Part shown: positions 62,890 through 64,000 of the stretch, piece after piece | Layout of the letters: every line of letters starts with the position of its first letter | How positions within the stretch are numbered: the stretch's first letter is position 1 | NCBI RefSeq assembly: GCF_029633865.1 | Contig: NC_079220.1 | Location: forward strand, 16,722,216-16,786,215 | Direction: 5' to 3' | Origin: Lampris incognitus | Lineage: Eukaryota | DNA length: 64,000 bases | The notes under the pieces: generated by a model | Databases searched by the model: none | Seen by the model: the letters and a program-made list of their open reading frames with translations, nothing else | Told to the model about the DNA's origin: nothing | Position numbers and translations under genes: made by a program

Positions 62890-63274
62890 AGATCTATGCA
62901 TAGATCTTAGTGTGCAGAAATCTTTTCTTTCAGTTAATTACTTGCACACCTTCAAATGACTACAATAAAGGTCTATGTATTATTTGCCGGTTATCAGTTT
63001 TTTTTCTTCCTTATGACCTCTACTACTAGTAAACCTCCAGTCTCAAAATTAATATAGATAGCGTTATCACCCCTTTAAATGAAAGATCTCTAGATATGGT
63101 CACACGGGTATTATTCACTCCACCCATCCTAGAACGACCAGGATTTCACTCCTACCTAAAACGACCATGGGCGGTCAAAATGCCCCCCGGTTTTTAAACT
63201 TTATATCCTGAGGTGGCAGATTTGAGGATGCTAAGATTTTCATTGGGAGTGATGAAGAAAGATGGATGAAGAAT

Positions 63275-63525
63275 GGATTAGGAACGAGTAGATCAGAGGG
63301 ACAGCTCAGTTTGGACAGTTTGGAGACGACTCAAGAGAGGCAAGATTGAGATGGCTTGGACATGTGTGGAGGAGAGATGCTGGGTATATTGGGAGAAGGA
63401 TGCTGAATAATGGAGCTGCCAGGGAAGAGGAAAAGAAGAAGGCCAAAGAGGAGGTTTATGGATTTGACGAGGGAGGACATGCAAGTGGCTGATGTGACAG
63501 AGGAAGATGCAGAGGACAGGAAGAG
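63275..63525 (+). mobile_element. 5'-truncated fragment of the Babar/RTE-like LINE (ORF C-terminus, frameshifted)
   Basis: About 85% identical to the reverse complement of 10760..11010 (...ARLRWLGHV.RRD.GYIGRRMLN...PKRRFMD..REDMQVA.VTEEDAEDRK...). Confidence 0.7.
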
Positions 63526-64000
63526 GTTCTGTCAGTATAAATACCCAATTGAGATATTTATGCATTGCATGTGTATGTCTGTTAAGAAACGACTGACGCC
63601 AACATTAACATTTTAACAACTTTAATACTATTTTTCAAACAATTTAAAATGGCCGCTGTCCAACGCTTGGAAATACTGCAACGCCTCGGTGGTAGTCATG
63701 GTGCGTCTGTAATGGCGTCTGTAACCACACATGTTGGCAATAATCAAAAATCAAGTTGGGACTATTTCTCTGCACTGGACAACGGAGAACGCTAGCTTGT
63801 TTCTAGGACAGAGCAATGAACGTCACGAAGGAACTGACGCAACCAACACACGTCATAAATAGTGACATGACACACACGATGACGCAGACATTACGCGCGG
63901 TCATTTCGACCGGTCATGGTCGTTTTATGATATTTGTGCTATTGATCTAAAACTAATTTTAATGCAAATATATAACATTTTAAGAGCATTCAGGGAGCGG

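Overview
This window is vertebrate (teleost-type) nuclear DNA, not a prokaryotic locus. I see no CRISPR array, operon or defence island. Three protein-coding genes sit on the + strand: a MAZ orthologue (myc-associated zinc finger; 7 coding exons, 5321..31293), a nemo-like kinase NLK orthologue (11 coding exons, 33568..42636) and a TLCD3B/FAM57B orthologue (6 coding exons, 49675..56830). MAZ and FAM57B are neighbours in human 16p11.2; having NLK between them is a lineage-specific arrangement that should be checked against teleost genomes. About half of the window is interspersed repeats. There are five Tc1/mariner elements: two carry uninterrupted DDE transposase ORFs with matching TIRs, and one is disabled by a single CGA>TGA stop. 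A full-length non-LTR retrotransposon has an intact 1078-aa endonuclease+RT ORF and a 20-bp target-site duplication, and is nested in an older L2-like LINE. A degenerate Penelope-like element (RT + GIY-YIG) has a MITE inserted in it. Two tRNA-derived SINE families are present (about 7 and 5 copies), and very long microsatellites press against TLCD3B exons. Gene and family names are recognised from memory of protein motifs, not from a search; exon coordinates come from manual translation and GT/AG splice-site inspection.
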